Shown here in pieces: positions 18,970 through 29,331 of a stretch of DNA of 64,000 bases. The stretch lies in contig OZ241889.1 in assembly GCA_965203355.1 (NCBI GenBank), forward strand, positions 3,360,001 through 3,424,000, given 5' to 3'. The translations under genes and the position numbers were made by a program. Below the pieces are notes generated by a model. That model did no database searches, was not told the DNA's origin, and saw nothing but the letters and a program-made list of their open reading frames with translations. The stretch is from Candidatus Latescibacterota bacterium. GTDB taxonomy: Bacteria; Latescibacterota; UBA2968; UBA8231. Each line of letters starts with the position of its first letter. Within the stretch, counting starts at the first letter, position 1.

Positions 18970-19230
18970 GAGGGAGTCCAGCTTTTTGATTTGGCAACAG
19001 ATCCCAGCGAGACCCGAGATGTATCGGAGGACCCGGCATACGCTTCAGTGGTAGCCGACATGAAAGCCCGGCTGCGGGCGGAACGCGAAAAAGCGGGCCT
19101 GACAGACGAAATAGAACGACAGATTTTTAATAGCGGAAACGTAACACACACGCGCAAACAGATGAATGCATTGCTGGCGATGGTACATGCCAATACCGCC
19201 GAGAACCAGCCCGCTTCTCGTCGGGGTTGA
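18970..19230 (+). pseudogene. C-terminal remnant of a sulfatase-family gene
   Basis: QLFDLATDPSETRDVSEDPAYASVVADMKARL is the typical sulfatase C-terminal motif. No N-terminus; an in-frame stop lies at 18940. Confidence 0.6.
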
Positions 19231-19307
19231 TAGGCTAGAACACAGAAGCCGGTGCGACATTTCCTTTCACCGTATATGTTCAGCCGTTTGTCTAACGAGG
19301 AGACGAT

Positions 19308-21124
19308 ATGTACGAGCAATTAGCAATACACTACGAAGGGCAGACCGAATTCGTCGCCACCGATCAGCAACCCAAACCCTTGCGGCTATTTGTCACTTGT
19401 CCGGCGGGCTTGGAAGCGGGTGCCGACGTGCGCGTTTCGATCAGTTCGTTTCATTCCTATTCTCGCCAGTGGACGCTTGCAGATCCTTTTGTCGAAGGAG
19501 GGGAGGGCGTGGTGGTGTTGGGGCACGGGTTGGCACGCGACTGGACCGACATGACGCGGGGCGGCGATGGGCCGGCTGGTGGTGGATTGGTGGGAAGGCC
19601 GATCAACGAACTCTACTTGTGTACCATTCAAGTTACCAAATCGCTGGGCGCGGGCGCGCGGCTGGTCTTTCCCTTTGGCGTGGTGCCGTCGCCGCACGCG
19701 GATATAAGCGGGGCCCTGCAAGTGCGAGTGCGACGACCTGAAGCCGAGGTTTTCGAGAAAGTGGGCGATCCCATGCCGCTGAGTAATGCGCCCGGTCCTC
19801 TGACGCGGCTGGAAGGGCGAGTCTCGGCTACGGCGGATGCACAGGGAAAGCGTCGGGCCGTAGTCTTTGCGACGGACGATCATCTCAATCCAATACCCGG
19901 CTACCGGGGGCGGTAACTCTACAGGCCGATGGCTCGGTCGCCGGGCTACCCGCCGAAGTGGAGATTGGCGCTGATGGGCGGGGCGTGGTGGAGGGCATGG
20001 CCGTGCAGGCCGAGGGCCCCGTCCGCATCACCGTGCGCGATGTGGAGCGCGGTTTAGCCGCGCAGAGCGGTCCGGCGCGTGTAGTCGGCGTGCGCGGGCA
20101 CTACTTCGGCGGCATCCACTTTCACACGCGGCTTTCGGTGGATGGCGATCGAGAGCCGCGTGCGGCCTACGCCTATGCCCGCGACTTTCTCAACCTCGAC
20201 GTGATCGCGATGACCGACCACGCGCCCATTGGCCCGGGATGGGCCGAGTGCTTGGCGGTCAATGAGGAATTTTACGAGCCGGGTCGCTTTGTGACGATCC
20301 CGGCGTGGGAAAGCTCCAATGCCTACGGGCACGCCAACCTCTATTTGCGGACGCCCGCAGTCGATGGCGGCACTTGGCACTGGCAACCGGATCTGTGCCC
20401 CTCGGAAGTGGTTTGGGACGCGGACGTGGTCATGGTGCCGCATCACCCCAACTGCGGCCAGCCCATCGAGTACGGCAAGCACCGCGCGGTCATGGGCAAG
20501 ACGTTTTACTGGTCGCAATACCACTGGGAATTTCCCAACCAGCGCGCCAGACTGGTGGAAATCGTCCAAGGGCGGGGCAATTTTGAAGCCGACGCCCCGG
20601 ACGAGTACTGGGGTATTCGCCTAGGCGCGTTGGGTGCTTCGGTGCAGGACGCTTTTGCCCAAGGCTGGCGCTTGGGGTTTGTGGCCGGGACCGACAATCA
20701 TCAGGGACACCCAACGCAAAAGCCGGGCGGCTACGTGGGGATGACCTGCTTCCGGGCGACGGAGTTGACCCGCGAGGCCGTGTGGCAGGCGATGGACGAG
20801 CGCTGGACCTACGCGACTTCGGGGGTGCCGATCGTCTGCGATTATACCGTCAATGGGGTGCGCTCGGGCGCGGCGGGTGGGCTGGCAGCCGGTGAAAAGG
20901 TGCATTTTTCCGCTAGCCTACACGGGACGGCGCCGATTGAGCGAGTGGAAATCATGGCCAACGGGCGGTGCGTCTGGCACGACGCGCCCAATGCTTGGGA
21001 CGTGGAAATCGACGGAGCCGAGTTGCCCGCACCCGAGGGCGCGTGGGCCTATTACTATCTGCGGCTGCGGCAACAGGATGGGCACCGGGCGTGGCTGAGT
21101 CCGGTGTGGTTGGATCGAGGATGA
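19308..21124 (+). pseudogene. PHP/DUF3604-like metallohydrolase, split by a single-base frameshift near 19906-19913
   Basis: GGIHFHT, AMTDHA, GHANLY, VPHH, GFVAGTDNH, AYYYLRLRQQDGHRAWLSPVW. Adding one base at CGGGGGCGGTAACT fuses ORF 19308-19916 with 19958-21124. Confidence 0.7.
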
Positions 21125-21153
21125 ACCGAGGATGCGCTTGGAGCGGTGAGCGG

Positions 21154-23052
21154 TTAGAAATAGTAAAATGAATAGACCAAAGACGAGCCCCCCACGCCGA
21201 CGCAAGCTCCCATGATAAACCCCAAAAAGAGCGGCCGCATCTTTCGGTAGAGCACGACCCCTCCGTAGCTGATCAGAACCGATTTAACAAGCCAAGCGAG
21301 GAACATCCCAAACCAATCGCCGCGCACGGTATTGGTCAGGGCTACGGCCAGCCCCACCGGATGCAGTGGCCAGCCGGCCAGGCGATGCTGGGCGAAGGAA
21401 AGCAGTCCGGCGAGTCCCGCGCCAATGCCAGTAAATAGGGTGGTCAGGTGTTGCGGCGGGTGCGGGTTATTGACCGTTTTGGCGACCCAACCCCACTTGC
21501 TCAGCGGCGAGTTGATGTAGTACCAGCGGAAGCCGTGCATCATACCGTGCTGATAGCCTAGCCATATATAGACCACGATGGTGGTGACCGCGCTGACCAC
21601 GAGGGCGGAGGCGAGGAAGAACAGCAGCTTGCGGGCACTGATCTTTTCCTTGACTTCCTCGCAGACCTTGAAGGCGTGGGCCATCGTGCCCATGAAGAAC
21701 AGTTGCACGTCCGCGGCCCAGACCATGTTGAGCCCCATAGCGGTGAGTCCCTTATCGCCGAAATAAGCCGTGCCGAAGATGTTGGTAAAAAGCGGCGGGA
21801 TGGAATGGGGCGCGCGCAGCCGCCCCAAGCCGGTTTGCACCAGCAAGCGCGCGGTGCCCAAAAATACCAACAGCGCGACCAGCAAAAAGGCCAAGCTCCA
21901 GCCGAGGGAGAGTCCAGTGGCGTGAAGGAAGTACGCCATATAGCCCAAGCCGCCCACTCCCATAAGCGCCGAGATGCGCGGCGAGGGCAGGTGTGAGTCC
22001 GGGCCTTTTGCGCCGCTGGCGATAGCGTGCCACTGGTTTTTGAGAAAGTCGCGCGAAATCCACAGCGACGAGAGGATCAAAAAGATGAGGGCTCCCATCT
22101 GCTGATGCGACATCAGCACGGAGACCTGCTGGTGCGGCTGGGCCGGGAGGTTGACGACAACGCCTAAAAAGCCCAACAGGCCGTGTTCGAGATAGACGAG
22201 GATGTGAAAGAGCCAGACGCTCAAGAGCACATTGAGGTTGAGCAGATAGCCTAGGCCGACGACGAGGAAGTTGACGTTGAGCCCATAGGAGATACCGAGG
22301 CGGCGCAAAAAAATGCGCGTGGACGGGATGCCGAAGTTGTCAATGGTCTCAAAGTCGAACACTTGGTCGAGCATGTTGACGGTCGGGATGAGCGCGGCGA
22401 TGAAAAAACCGACCCAGAACAGCGGATTCCGAAAGAGGCTTTTAGCTGGATTTTCCACGCTCTCGACCATCGCCGTTGGCACTACGGCCAAGGGATAGAC
22501 CAAGCGCTCGCGGCTGGCCCACTGGTGATGGAGCAGGGCGATGAGCGAGAAACTGATCAAGAAGAAGGCGACCATGAACAGGCCCCAGAAGACAGCCGGG
22601 CCGAGCCAAGCGTCCCACGGCAGCGGCGCCCCGGCGGGCGCTCCCTCGAAGAGGTTGCGAATCATCGCTAGGTCGCGTGGAGCGGCCCAGTCGGGAATGT
22701 AGTCCCAGAGCAGTTCGCGCCAGTTGTTTTCCGGGGTGGCGTAGTAGAAGACGCCAGCGAGCAGGGGAATAAAATAACCGCCAAAGCCCATAGTCGGCAT
22801 GACTGTGGCCACCATCAGCGCGGCGTAGATGAGGGCAAAAGTCGAAGTCGGCAGCCGCAGGAAGGGCCGAATCAGCGCGAGCAGGAGGGCGGTAAGCGCG
22901 ACCCAGAACAGGGCGAAGATAACGCCAACGGTGTTGAAGTGGTCGGCGTAGCCCGAGTAGTGGTCGAGCAGGATGTAGCTGCGCACCCCAATGAAGTTGT
23001 GGCCGACGCACAGCGCCATGGCCAGCGTCCATTCGAGGGCCGAGCGCATCAC
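21154..23052 (-). CDS. Polytopic membrane transporter-like protein (DUF6785/DUF6784 family)
   Basis: YYATPENNW, HQWASRERLVYPL, WPLHPVG, RPLFLGFIMG. Paralogue of 4097-6040. Confidence 0.75.
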   Translation of the reverse strand: MMRSALEWTLAMALCVGHNFIGVRSYILLDHYSGYADHFNTVGVIFALFWVALTALLLALIRPFLRLPTSTFALIYAALMVATVMPTMGFGGYFIPLLAGVFYYATPENNWRELLWDYIPDWAAPRDLAMIRNLFEGAPAGAPLPWDAWLGPAVFWGLFMVAFFLISFSLIALLHHQWASRERLVYPLAVVPTAMVESVENPAKSLFRNPLFWVGFFIAALIPTVNMLDQVFDFETIDNFGIPSTRIFLRRLGISYGLNVNFLVVGLGYLLNLNVLLSVWLFHILVYLEHGLLGFLGVVVNLPAQPHQQVSVLMSHQQMGALIFLILSSLWISRDFLKNQWHAIASGAKGPDSHLPSPRISALMGVGGLGYMAYFLHATGLSLGWSLAFLLVALLVFLGTARLLVQTGLGRLRAPHSIPPLFTNIFGTAYFGDKGLTAMGLNMVWAADVQLFFMGTMAHAFKVCEEVKEKISARKLLFFLASALVVSAVTTIVVYIWLGYQHGMMHGFRWYYINSPLSKWGWVAKTVNNPHPPQHLTTLFTGIGAGLAGLLSFAQHRLAGWPLHPVGLAVALTNTVRGDWFGMFLAWLVKSVLISYGGVVLYRKMRPLFLGFIMGACVGVGGSSLVYSFYYF

Positions 23053-23267
23053 TTGCTTCCCTGCCGCCCGGCCTCCCAGTCGTCGATCAACGCACGGAAG
23101 TTGTCCAAGCCGATAAAACGGGGGTCCTTGGTCCAGCCAGACCAGTCGGTCAGGCCGTAGGCAAACCCGAGCAGGGTCGGTAGAGCGAAAAAGGCTAGGT
23201 AGAGGAATACGGCGGGGCCGCAGAGCAGGACGGAGGCCGTGGATTTTTCGCTGAAAGCTCGCTGCAT
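23049..23267 (-). pseudogene. N-terminal remnant of carbohydrate ABC permease
   Basis: PAVFLYLAFFALPTLLGFAYGLTDWSG...FIGLDNFRALIDD is the first TM and loop of CUT1 permeases; the ORF ends after 72 aa. Confidence 0.75.
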
Positions 23268-23427
23268 GGCGCAGGTGTAGTAACCAAAGGGGCCGCGGAT
23301 GTCAAGCGGCGGCCGGGCCTTTTCGACTCGGCGGCGCTCGGCCTGACAGGCTATATGCGCGAAGTACTGACGCGGTACCGCAGGCACAATGCGGCCGGGG
23401 AGCGTCGAGGAGCAAAAAAGCCCGAGC

Positions 23428-24255
23428 TCACATCTGGAAGCCGCCGGCTACTACCAGCGATACGCCGGTGAGGTACTCCGCTTCTGCTGAAGCGAGGAAG
23501 GCCACGGTGCGGGCTACATCTTCGGGTGTGCCGATGCGGCCCAAGGGGGTTTGCGCTGCTAGGTCGTGGACTAGGGCCGCCGTGGTGTCGGCGTCTGGCT
23601 CGCGGCGTTGGGCGAGGCCCGCGGCGATATAGTGGGTGCGCTCGGTGAGGGTGTTGCCCGGGCAGACCGCGTTGACGTTGATCCGGTGAGGGGCAAGCTC
23701 GCCAGCGAGGGATTGGGTAAAGCCGATGATGGCGAATTTGGACGTGCAGTACGCGGCGTAGCGCGGCAGCCCTTGGCGGCCGGCCGTAGAGGCCATGTTG
23801 ATGATTTTGCCGCCATCGCCGCGGTCGATCAGGTGCCGGGCCACGGCGCGCGAGCAGAGAAAGGTGCCCTTGACGTTGACGGTTTGCACCTGATCCCAGG
23901 CGGCTTCGCTTAGATCGACGACCGGGACGCGATCCGGGCCGGGGCGCGAGCCCGCGTTGTTGACTAGCAGGTCGATGCGGCCAAAGCGCGCGAGCGCGGC
24001 TTGCACCATGCCCTCGACTTGGGCGGCGTCGGACACGTCGGCTTCTACCGCGAGGGCCTGCCGACCGGCGGCTTCGCTTTCGGCGACGAGAGCGGACAGG
24101 CCGCCCCAGCCCGTCTCGCTATAGGGCCGAGCGCGCAAGTCGTTGACCACGAGGTCGCAGCCTTCGCGCGCCAAGCGCTGGCAGATGGCGCGGCCAATGC
24201 CGTGTTCGCCGCCCGCGCCAGTGACGAGGGCGACTTTGCCGTTGAGATTGTACAT
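23428..24255 (-). CDS. Short-chain dehydrogenase/reductase (SDR)
   Basis: VALVTGAG..HGIG, LVNNAG, YCTSK (YxxxK), VNAVCPG. Confidence 0.93.
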   Translation of the reverse strand: MYNLNGKVALVTGAGGEHGIGRAICQRLAREGCDLVVNDLRARPYSETGWGGLSALVAESEAAGRQALAVEADVSDAAQVEGMVQAALARFGRIDLLVNNAGSRPGPDRVPVVDLSEAAWDQVQTVNVKGTFLCSRAVARHLIDRGDGGKIINMASTAGRQGLPRYAAYCTSKFAIIGFTQSLAGELAPHRINVNAVCPGNTLTERTHYIAAGLAQRREPDADTTAALVHDLAAQTPLGRIGTPEDVARTVAFLASAEAEYLTGVSLVVAGGFQM

Positions 24256-24390
24256 GGGTTTCTCCGCATGATTAAGGAGTTGAGGGGCGGCGTGTAAAAC
24301 GCCAAGTAGTGCTTGCGTGCGTCCGTCAACAGAGCAAAGCGGTGGCGGGCTGGTTTGTCGTTCATTGGAGCCGGGAATTCCACCAAGAAC

Positions 24391-25758
24391 CTATTCGAGA
24401 CGCCGATTTTCTCCTGTAATTGCAATGGGAAACCACAGGAGTTGCAGGGCATCTTGTCGCACCTCGACGGAGAGGTCGCCCGGCGGTTCCGCGGTTTCAA
24501 TTGAGTACGAGCGGTGCAGGACCTTGGCTGGAGTCAATGAGGTAGTGTCTCGAACGGCCACTTTGCCATCCACCGACACTTCGATGACGACATTGGGCAT
24601 CTCGAGCGCGGGCGAAAGGGCGATGTTCAGCAACCCATCGTCTAAACTGCCGCGGACCGCGCCGACCTGCGAAGCCGCACTCATCCCCTTCGTTCCCCAG
24701 TAGCTATACATCCACTCCGTCCACGCGAGCGAGGCTCCGGGTGGGAGTGGCTGCGTCTCATCGGGAAAAAGTACCGACGTGCCACCCCACATCTCGACAT
24801 AGCCCTTGTTGGGCTGGCCGGAGCCCATGGGAATCCCGGTCGGATGGAAGCCGTAGGTCCATACATCGACCCCTGGGTTGAGGACGGGATCGAAGACGCG
24901 GACCACGCCCTCCTCAGCGTCGTGGGAGTAGGCGCTGTAATAGCCGGCCGTCAATCCGTCGGCCATGATATCGCCGGCCTTCCACCCTCGGATGTAGCGC
25001 AACGGGTTCTCGCTCCAGACCTGTGGACTCGGCCCTAGGTTTTTTTGCCAGCGGTCGGCGATCCGGATGCTCTTTGTGGGGATGATGAACTCGGTGTTGT
25101 CGGTCAGCTCGTTCTCACCGCCAGGAGTCCACATGGGATTGACCCAGTGGGCGAACTGAACGGTGTCGGCTCTTGGATTGTGAAGGCGGATCTGGGCCTC
25201 CAGTGCGGCTGAGCCTTGATGGACAGTCAGTCTGACTCGCTGGGTCAATCCTGTCAGCGGCTCCGTCGTTGCCATCGACATAGAAACCCGTTCTGGGTGA
25301 TCTTCCAAGATCTCCCACGTCCAGGGCAGCGCGAAGGTCGTGCCGTGTTCGTAGCCCGGAAGTGTGTACTCGATCCCGCCGATCCAGAGCCACCAGCCAG
25401 TGGGATTGTTTGCCCCGCCGGGGCGCACAATGTCGTTTTTCCACAGCGCGTCGTGGCTGGTCCGCTTGTCAATGAGGGAGTACACTCGTCCCATCTCCGG
25501 CAGCACCTCTACGCGCACATAGTCGGATTCGAGCACCACGCGCCTATGCTGCTTGTCGACGATGCGCGTCCAGTCGATGCGCTCGAAATTTAGATGGGGA
25601 AGTGGGTCGCCTTCGTCGTAGTAAATCGCCGGCTCGTAATCGACTTGAGGGATGTCGATGTGGTCGACGACAATGGATGTGGCGGCGCTTGGGGAAATTG
25701 CCGACAGGGCCAGAATCAGGGAGAGTACGAGCGGAAGAACTCGGCGTCGAGTCATCAT
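24391..25758 (-). CDS. Secreted DUF5107-like (galactose mutarotase-like fold) protein
   Basis: Signal peptide; VVLESDYVRVEVLPEMGRVYSLIDK, WIGGIEY, HWVN, VWTYG, YVEMWGG. Confidence 0.65.
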   Translation of the reverse strand: MMTRRRVLPLVLSLILALSAISPSAATSIVVDHIDIPQVDYEPAIYYDEGDPLPHLNFERIDWTRIVDKQHRRVVLESDYVRVEVLPEMGRVYSLIDKRTSHDALWKNDIVRPGGANNPTGWWLWIGGIEYTLPGYEHGTTFALPWTWEILEDHPERVSMSMATTEPLTGLTQRVRLTVHQGSAALEAQIRLHNPRADTVQFAHWVNPMWTPGGENELTDNTEFIIPTKSIRIADRWQKNLGPSPQVWSENPLRYIRGWKAGDIMADGLTAGYYSAYSHDAEEGVVRVFDPVLNPGVDVWTYGFHPTGIPMGSGQPNKGYVEMWGGTSVLFPDETQPLPPGASLAWTEWMYSYWGTKGMSAASQVGAVRGSLDDGLLNIALSPALEMPNVVIEVSVDGKVAVRDTTSLTPAKVLHRSYSIETAEPPGDLSVEVRQDALQLLWFPIAITGENRRLE

Positions 25759-27323
25759 TTCATCCTATGGCTATTCATCGCTGGTGTAGAGGACGGCCAG
25801 GTCTTGTTGCTGAATTTTGCGATGGCTTGGGCTGCCGCTGCCGAGTCGCCTGCCTGCCGGTACGCGAGCACGAGCCCCCGCTGTGCCGATGGCTGATCGG
25901 GATCTTGGGCTAGCGCTTGTTCGTATCGTTCGGCTGCGGTATGGGCATCGCCTTGTTGCAACTCGAGGTTTCCCAGCGCAATGAAAACATCGGCTGAATT
26001 CTCGGACAACTCCAGCGCCCGTTCGTACGCCTCTCGACTTAGGTCGATGTAGCCGCTAGTGGCATAGGCCGTGCCTAGGTTGTACCACGCCAAGCCATAG
26101 TCTGGCTTGAGATTCAGGGCTTGGCGGTACGCCGAAATCGCCTCGCTCGGGCGACCTAGTCGGATGTGGGCATTGCCGAGGTTCTGCCAGGCGCGGGCGT
26201 TGTCCGGCTGGAGCGACAAACCGTCGCGCAGGTGTCTAACGGCTCCCGCGTCGTGCCCGAGGCGAACGTAGAGGCGGGCGAGTTTGAAGTGTGTACTGGG
26301 ATTACGGCCCGGCTGGGCTAGCGTGCGCAGGTTCTCGATCTCAGCTATGTGCGGCTCAATTCGCCGATGGGTGGTGTGCTGTTCCTCGGCGTCCCGACTA
26401 CGACCTAGCTGGCGGTACGCGGAAGCCAACTGAAGACGAACATCGGGATGCACTGGGTCGAGTTCGAGAGCCTTCTCAAGAGCCGCGGCCGCTTCGACAT
26501 GCTTTTCCAACCGGGCTTGGGATATTCCCAGACCGATGTGCGCCTCCACTGAAGCGGGGTCGAGATTGACTGCTGTCGAAAATGCTTTGAGGGCCTGGTG
26601 GGCTCGTCCTACTTGTAGGAGGGCGCGGCCTACGGCTACCTCGTATCTGACGCTGTCTGGTGCCAAGGCGATGGCTCGCTGGAGGAGGTCCAAACTTTCC
26701 GCACAGCGACTTAGGTGTTCGCACTGGAGAGAACCCAAGGCGAAGATCGCCTCGTGAGACGTGGGCTCCAATTCCACCGCTTGCTCCAGCGAGGTATGGG
26801 CTGCCGCTACATCCCCCCGAGCCACCTGCACTACACCCATCAGCTTGTGCAGCGTTGAGCGGGCCGAATCGAGCGCGATGGCTTCGGCGAGTGCGAAGTG
26901 GGCGTTGTCGAGTTGTCCGACCCCGAGCCACGCCACCGATAGGCTCTCTAACGTCTCGGCATTGCGCTTGACCGCGACCGCGCGCTGCGCTAGGGCGAGT
27001 GCCGTGGTGTGATCGCGGATTCGGGCCAGAACCTCGCTGAGACCCATCAGGGCCCCCACGTGCAGACTATCCGACCGCAGCACCCCTTGGAACTGATCCA
27101 TTGACTGATCCACGTGCCCCAAGTCGAACAGTACGCGGGCAAGCGACGTCCGGGTCTCGGTATCTGTGGGGTGTTCGCGCAGTTGTTCTTCATACGTCAG
27201 CCGCAACCGTCCCAATTCGTCCGCTGTGGGCGGCGCGTCCGCAGCAGGGCGTTGGCTTTCGCACCCGACGAGCACCCCGATCAGGGCTAGGAACCACGCT
27301 TGTACTCTCACCGGGGCGTCCAT
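25755..27323 (-). CDS. Tetratricopeptide-repeat lipoprotein
   Basis: Lipobox VLVGC and many TPRs (AWQNLGNAH, AWYNLGTAY). The start overlaps the end of the upstream FG-GAP gene. Confidence 0.88.
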   Translation of the reverse strand: MDAPVRVQAWFLALIGVLVGCESQRPAADAPPTADELGRLRLTYEEQLREHPTDTETRTSLARVLFDLGHVDQSMDQFQGVLRSDSLHVGALMGLSEVLARIRDHTTALALAQRAVAVKRNAETLESLSVAWLGVGQLDNAHFALAEAIALDSARSTLHKLMGVVQVARGDVAAAHTSLEQAVELEPTSHEAIFALGSLQCEHLSRCAESLDLLQRAIALAPDSVRYEVAVGRALLQVGRAHQALKAFSTAVNLDPASVEAHIGLGISQARLEKHVEAAAALEKALELDPVHPDVRLQLASAYRQLGRSRDAEEQHTTHRRIEPHIAEIENLRTLAQPGRNPSTHFKLARLYVRLGHDAGAVRHLRDGLSLQPDNARAWQNLGNAHIRLGRPSEAISAYRQALNLKPDYGLAWYNLGTAYATSGYIDLSREAYERALELSENSADVFIALGNLELQQGDAHTAAERYEQALAQDPDQPSAQRGLVLAYRQAGDSAAAAQAIAKFSNKTWPSSTPAMNSHRMK

Positions 27324-29080
27324 GGCTCGCCTTCTACAATGCGCACAAAGTGCCCTGCCGACACGGGCCCCACGGTTTGCGATTCGCCCGCTGGCCAACG
27401 AGTCAGGATGCGGTCCACTGCGGTCCGGTGCCCGAGGCCAAAGTGTAGTCGCAGATCATTGTGAGACAGGTAACTGCTGCCCCCTCGCACCTCGGCCGTT
27501 TGCCGCAGGTCAGCGGAGAATACCGTGACGCGTGCCCCGATTCCACTGCGATTGCTTCGCGTACCCTCCACCTCGACAGAAATCCAGTTGGCGCGGTTGC
27601 CGCTGTCGTTTCTGAGCAGGTGCGGACGCTGATTGTTATTGGACACGAACAGGTCGACATCTCCGTCGTTGTCGTAGTCAGCCGCGGCTGAGCCGCGTCC
27701 TACGCCGGCTGAGAACGCCGTCAGACCACTCGCCGCGGTCACGTCGGTGAACGTGCCGTCGCGATTGTTGAGAAAGAGCTGGTCGTGCTGTGCATAGCGC
27801 GGGCCGGCGCTGTCGAGAATTTCGATGTTGGGCTCGACATGGCCGTTGGCGAGGAACAGATCGGGATACCCGTCGTTGTCGATATCGACGAAATCGGTCC
27901 CGAAGGTGAGCGTTTGATAGGTCGGCCCGCCGAGGCCGCTCGGTGCGGTGTGGTCTGCGAATTGACCCGCTCCGGCATTGTGCAGCAGTCGGCAGGGTTC
28001 CCACTGGAAGTTGCACACGCCTAGGTCGAGCCGCCCGTCGCGATCATAATCGGCCCAATCAGTGCCCATGCCCGCCTCCGGGACCCCATCGGGACTCGTC
28101 GAGACGCCGGCCGATACCCCGACTTCGGCGAATCGAGATCCGTCGTTGCGGAACAGGAAATTTGGCTCGTGATCGTTGGCGACATAGAGATCAAAGTCGC
28201 CGTCGTCATCGTAGTCGGCAAATCCCACGCCTAGCTGCCGACCCGCTTCGGTCCAGAGCCCTATCGAGTCGGTGATGTCCGTGAAACCGAGGTCGCCGTC
28301 GTTGCGGAACAGAGCCCCGGAGTCACCGGGATAGGCACCAGGGCCACAGTAGATCTGAATCAGTCCGCGATAGCATTCCGGGCGATCATCTCCGACGATC
28401 CGCACGTCGTTGGCGACGTACAAATCTAAATCACTGTCGAGATCGATGTCGGCGAAGGCCGTACTCGTCGATACTCGCCGATCGCCGGTCCCCGACCATT
28501 CGGTCACGTCTGCAAAGCGGCCATTGCCTAGATTTCGATAGAGCCGATTGGCCCCCCAGTTCGTGACATAGAGGTCCGCATGGCCATCGTTGTCGATGTC
28601 CCCAACGCCGACCCCCATGCCGAAGCTGGTGTCGGCGACCCCTGCTGCCGCTGCCCTATTGACGAAGGTCCCGTCGGTCTGATTCACGAATAGCGCGTTG
28701 GCGGGCAGGTGAGCGGTGAGGACGCCGGGGCTAGCAGCGCTGTTCACGACGTAGAGATCCGGGAAACCGTCGCCGTTGAAATCGGCAAATGCGGCACCTG
28801 AGCCATGGGTTTCGGGATAGTGGTAGGCCCCGGCCGCGCCATTGAAGTGGCGGAACTCGATCCCGGACTCGGCCGCGACCTCGCTGAATCGAGGGGAGGT
28901 AAGAGCCGATTCCTCCTCGGCACCACAGCCCGACAAAACGGGTGCTGTCACCAAAGCAGCTTGCAGTGCCAGACGGACTAGATAGGCCCTATTCGATTGG
29001 TCTTTGTCTGCGCAGCTATATCGCTGTTGTGTATTGTAATTCATAGGTTGGTCCGCCGAGCACCGATGATCCGAATCCAC
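27308..29080 (-). CDS. CRTAC1-like lipoprotein (FG-GAP repeats plus ASPIC/UnbV domain)
   Basis: Lipobox VLSGC, DFNGDGFPDL-type repeats, SSYLSHNDLRLHFGLG...RWP. The true start is probably downstream of 29080. Confidence 0.9.
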   Translation of the reverse strand: MDSDHRCSADQPMNYNTQQRYSCADKDQSNRAYLVRLALQAALVTAPVLSGCGAEEESALTSPRFSEVAAESGIEFRHFNGAAGAYHYPETHGSGAAFADFNGDGFPDLYVVNSAASPGVLTAHLPANALFVNQTDGTFVNRAAAAGVADTSFGMGVGVGDIDNDGHADLYVTNWGANRLYRNLGNGRFADVTEWSGTGDRRVSTSTAFADIDLDSDLDLYVANDVRIVGDDRPECYRGLIQIYCGPGAYPGDSGALFRNDGDLGFTDITDSIGLWTEAGRQLGVGFADYDDDGDFDLYVANDHEPNFLFRNDGSRFAEVGVSAGVSTSPDGVPEAGMGTDWADYDRDGRLDLGVCNFQWEPCRLLHNAGAGQFADHTAPSGLGGPTYQTLTFGTDFVDIDNDGYPDLFLANGHVEPNIEILDSAGPRYAQHDQLFLNNRDGTFTDVTAASGLTAFSAGVGRGSAAADYDNDGDVDLFVSNNNQRPHLLRNDSGNRANWISVEVEGTRSNRSGIGARVTVFSADLRQTAEVRGGSSYLSHNDLRLHFGLGHRTAVDRILTRWPAGESQTVGPVSAGHFVRIVEGEPWTPR

Positions 29081-29176
29081 GGCGATTCAAGTTACTTATC
29101 CGGCCAAGATAGAGTCAAGCGCGTGTAGGGATGTAGTCGCGTCTTGCGCTTGGCTGACTCACTAGTCGAAAGAGGC

Positions 29177-29205
29177 TTGAACTGCTGACTGCATTTTTAT
29201 ATAAT
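29177..29205 (+). promoter_or_regulatory. Putative sigma70 promoter of the 29332-46482 operon
   Basis: TTGAAC-17 bp-TATAAT. Confidence 0.6.
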
Positions 29206-29331
29206 GATCACTTCGCCAACCTGCATTAGGTTGATTCACAAGTTGCGTGGATGCTCACTTTTCCGCGCCAATCCTACCGTTTTCCTTCAAGCTGTAAGGG
29301 TGAAGAGAAGACACGAACGAGAGGAGCTCTC

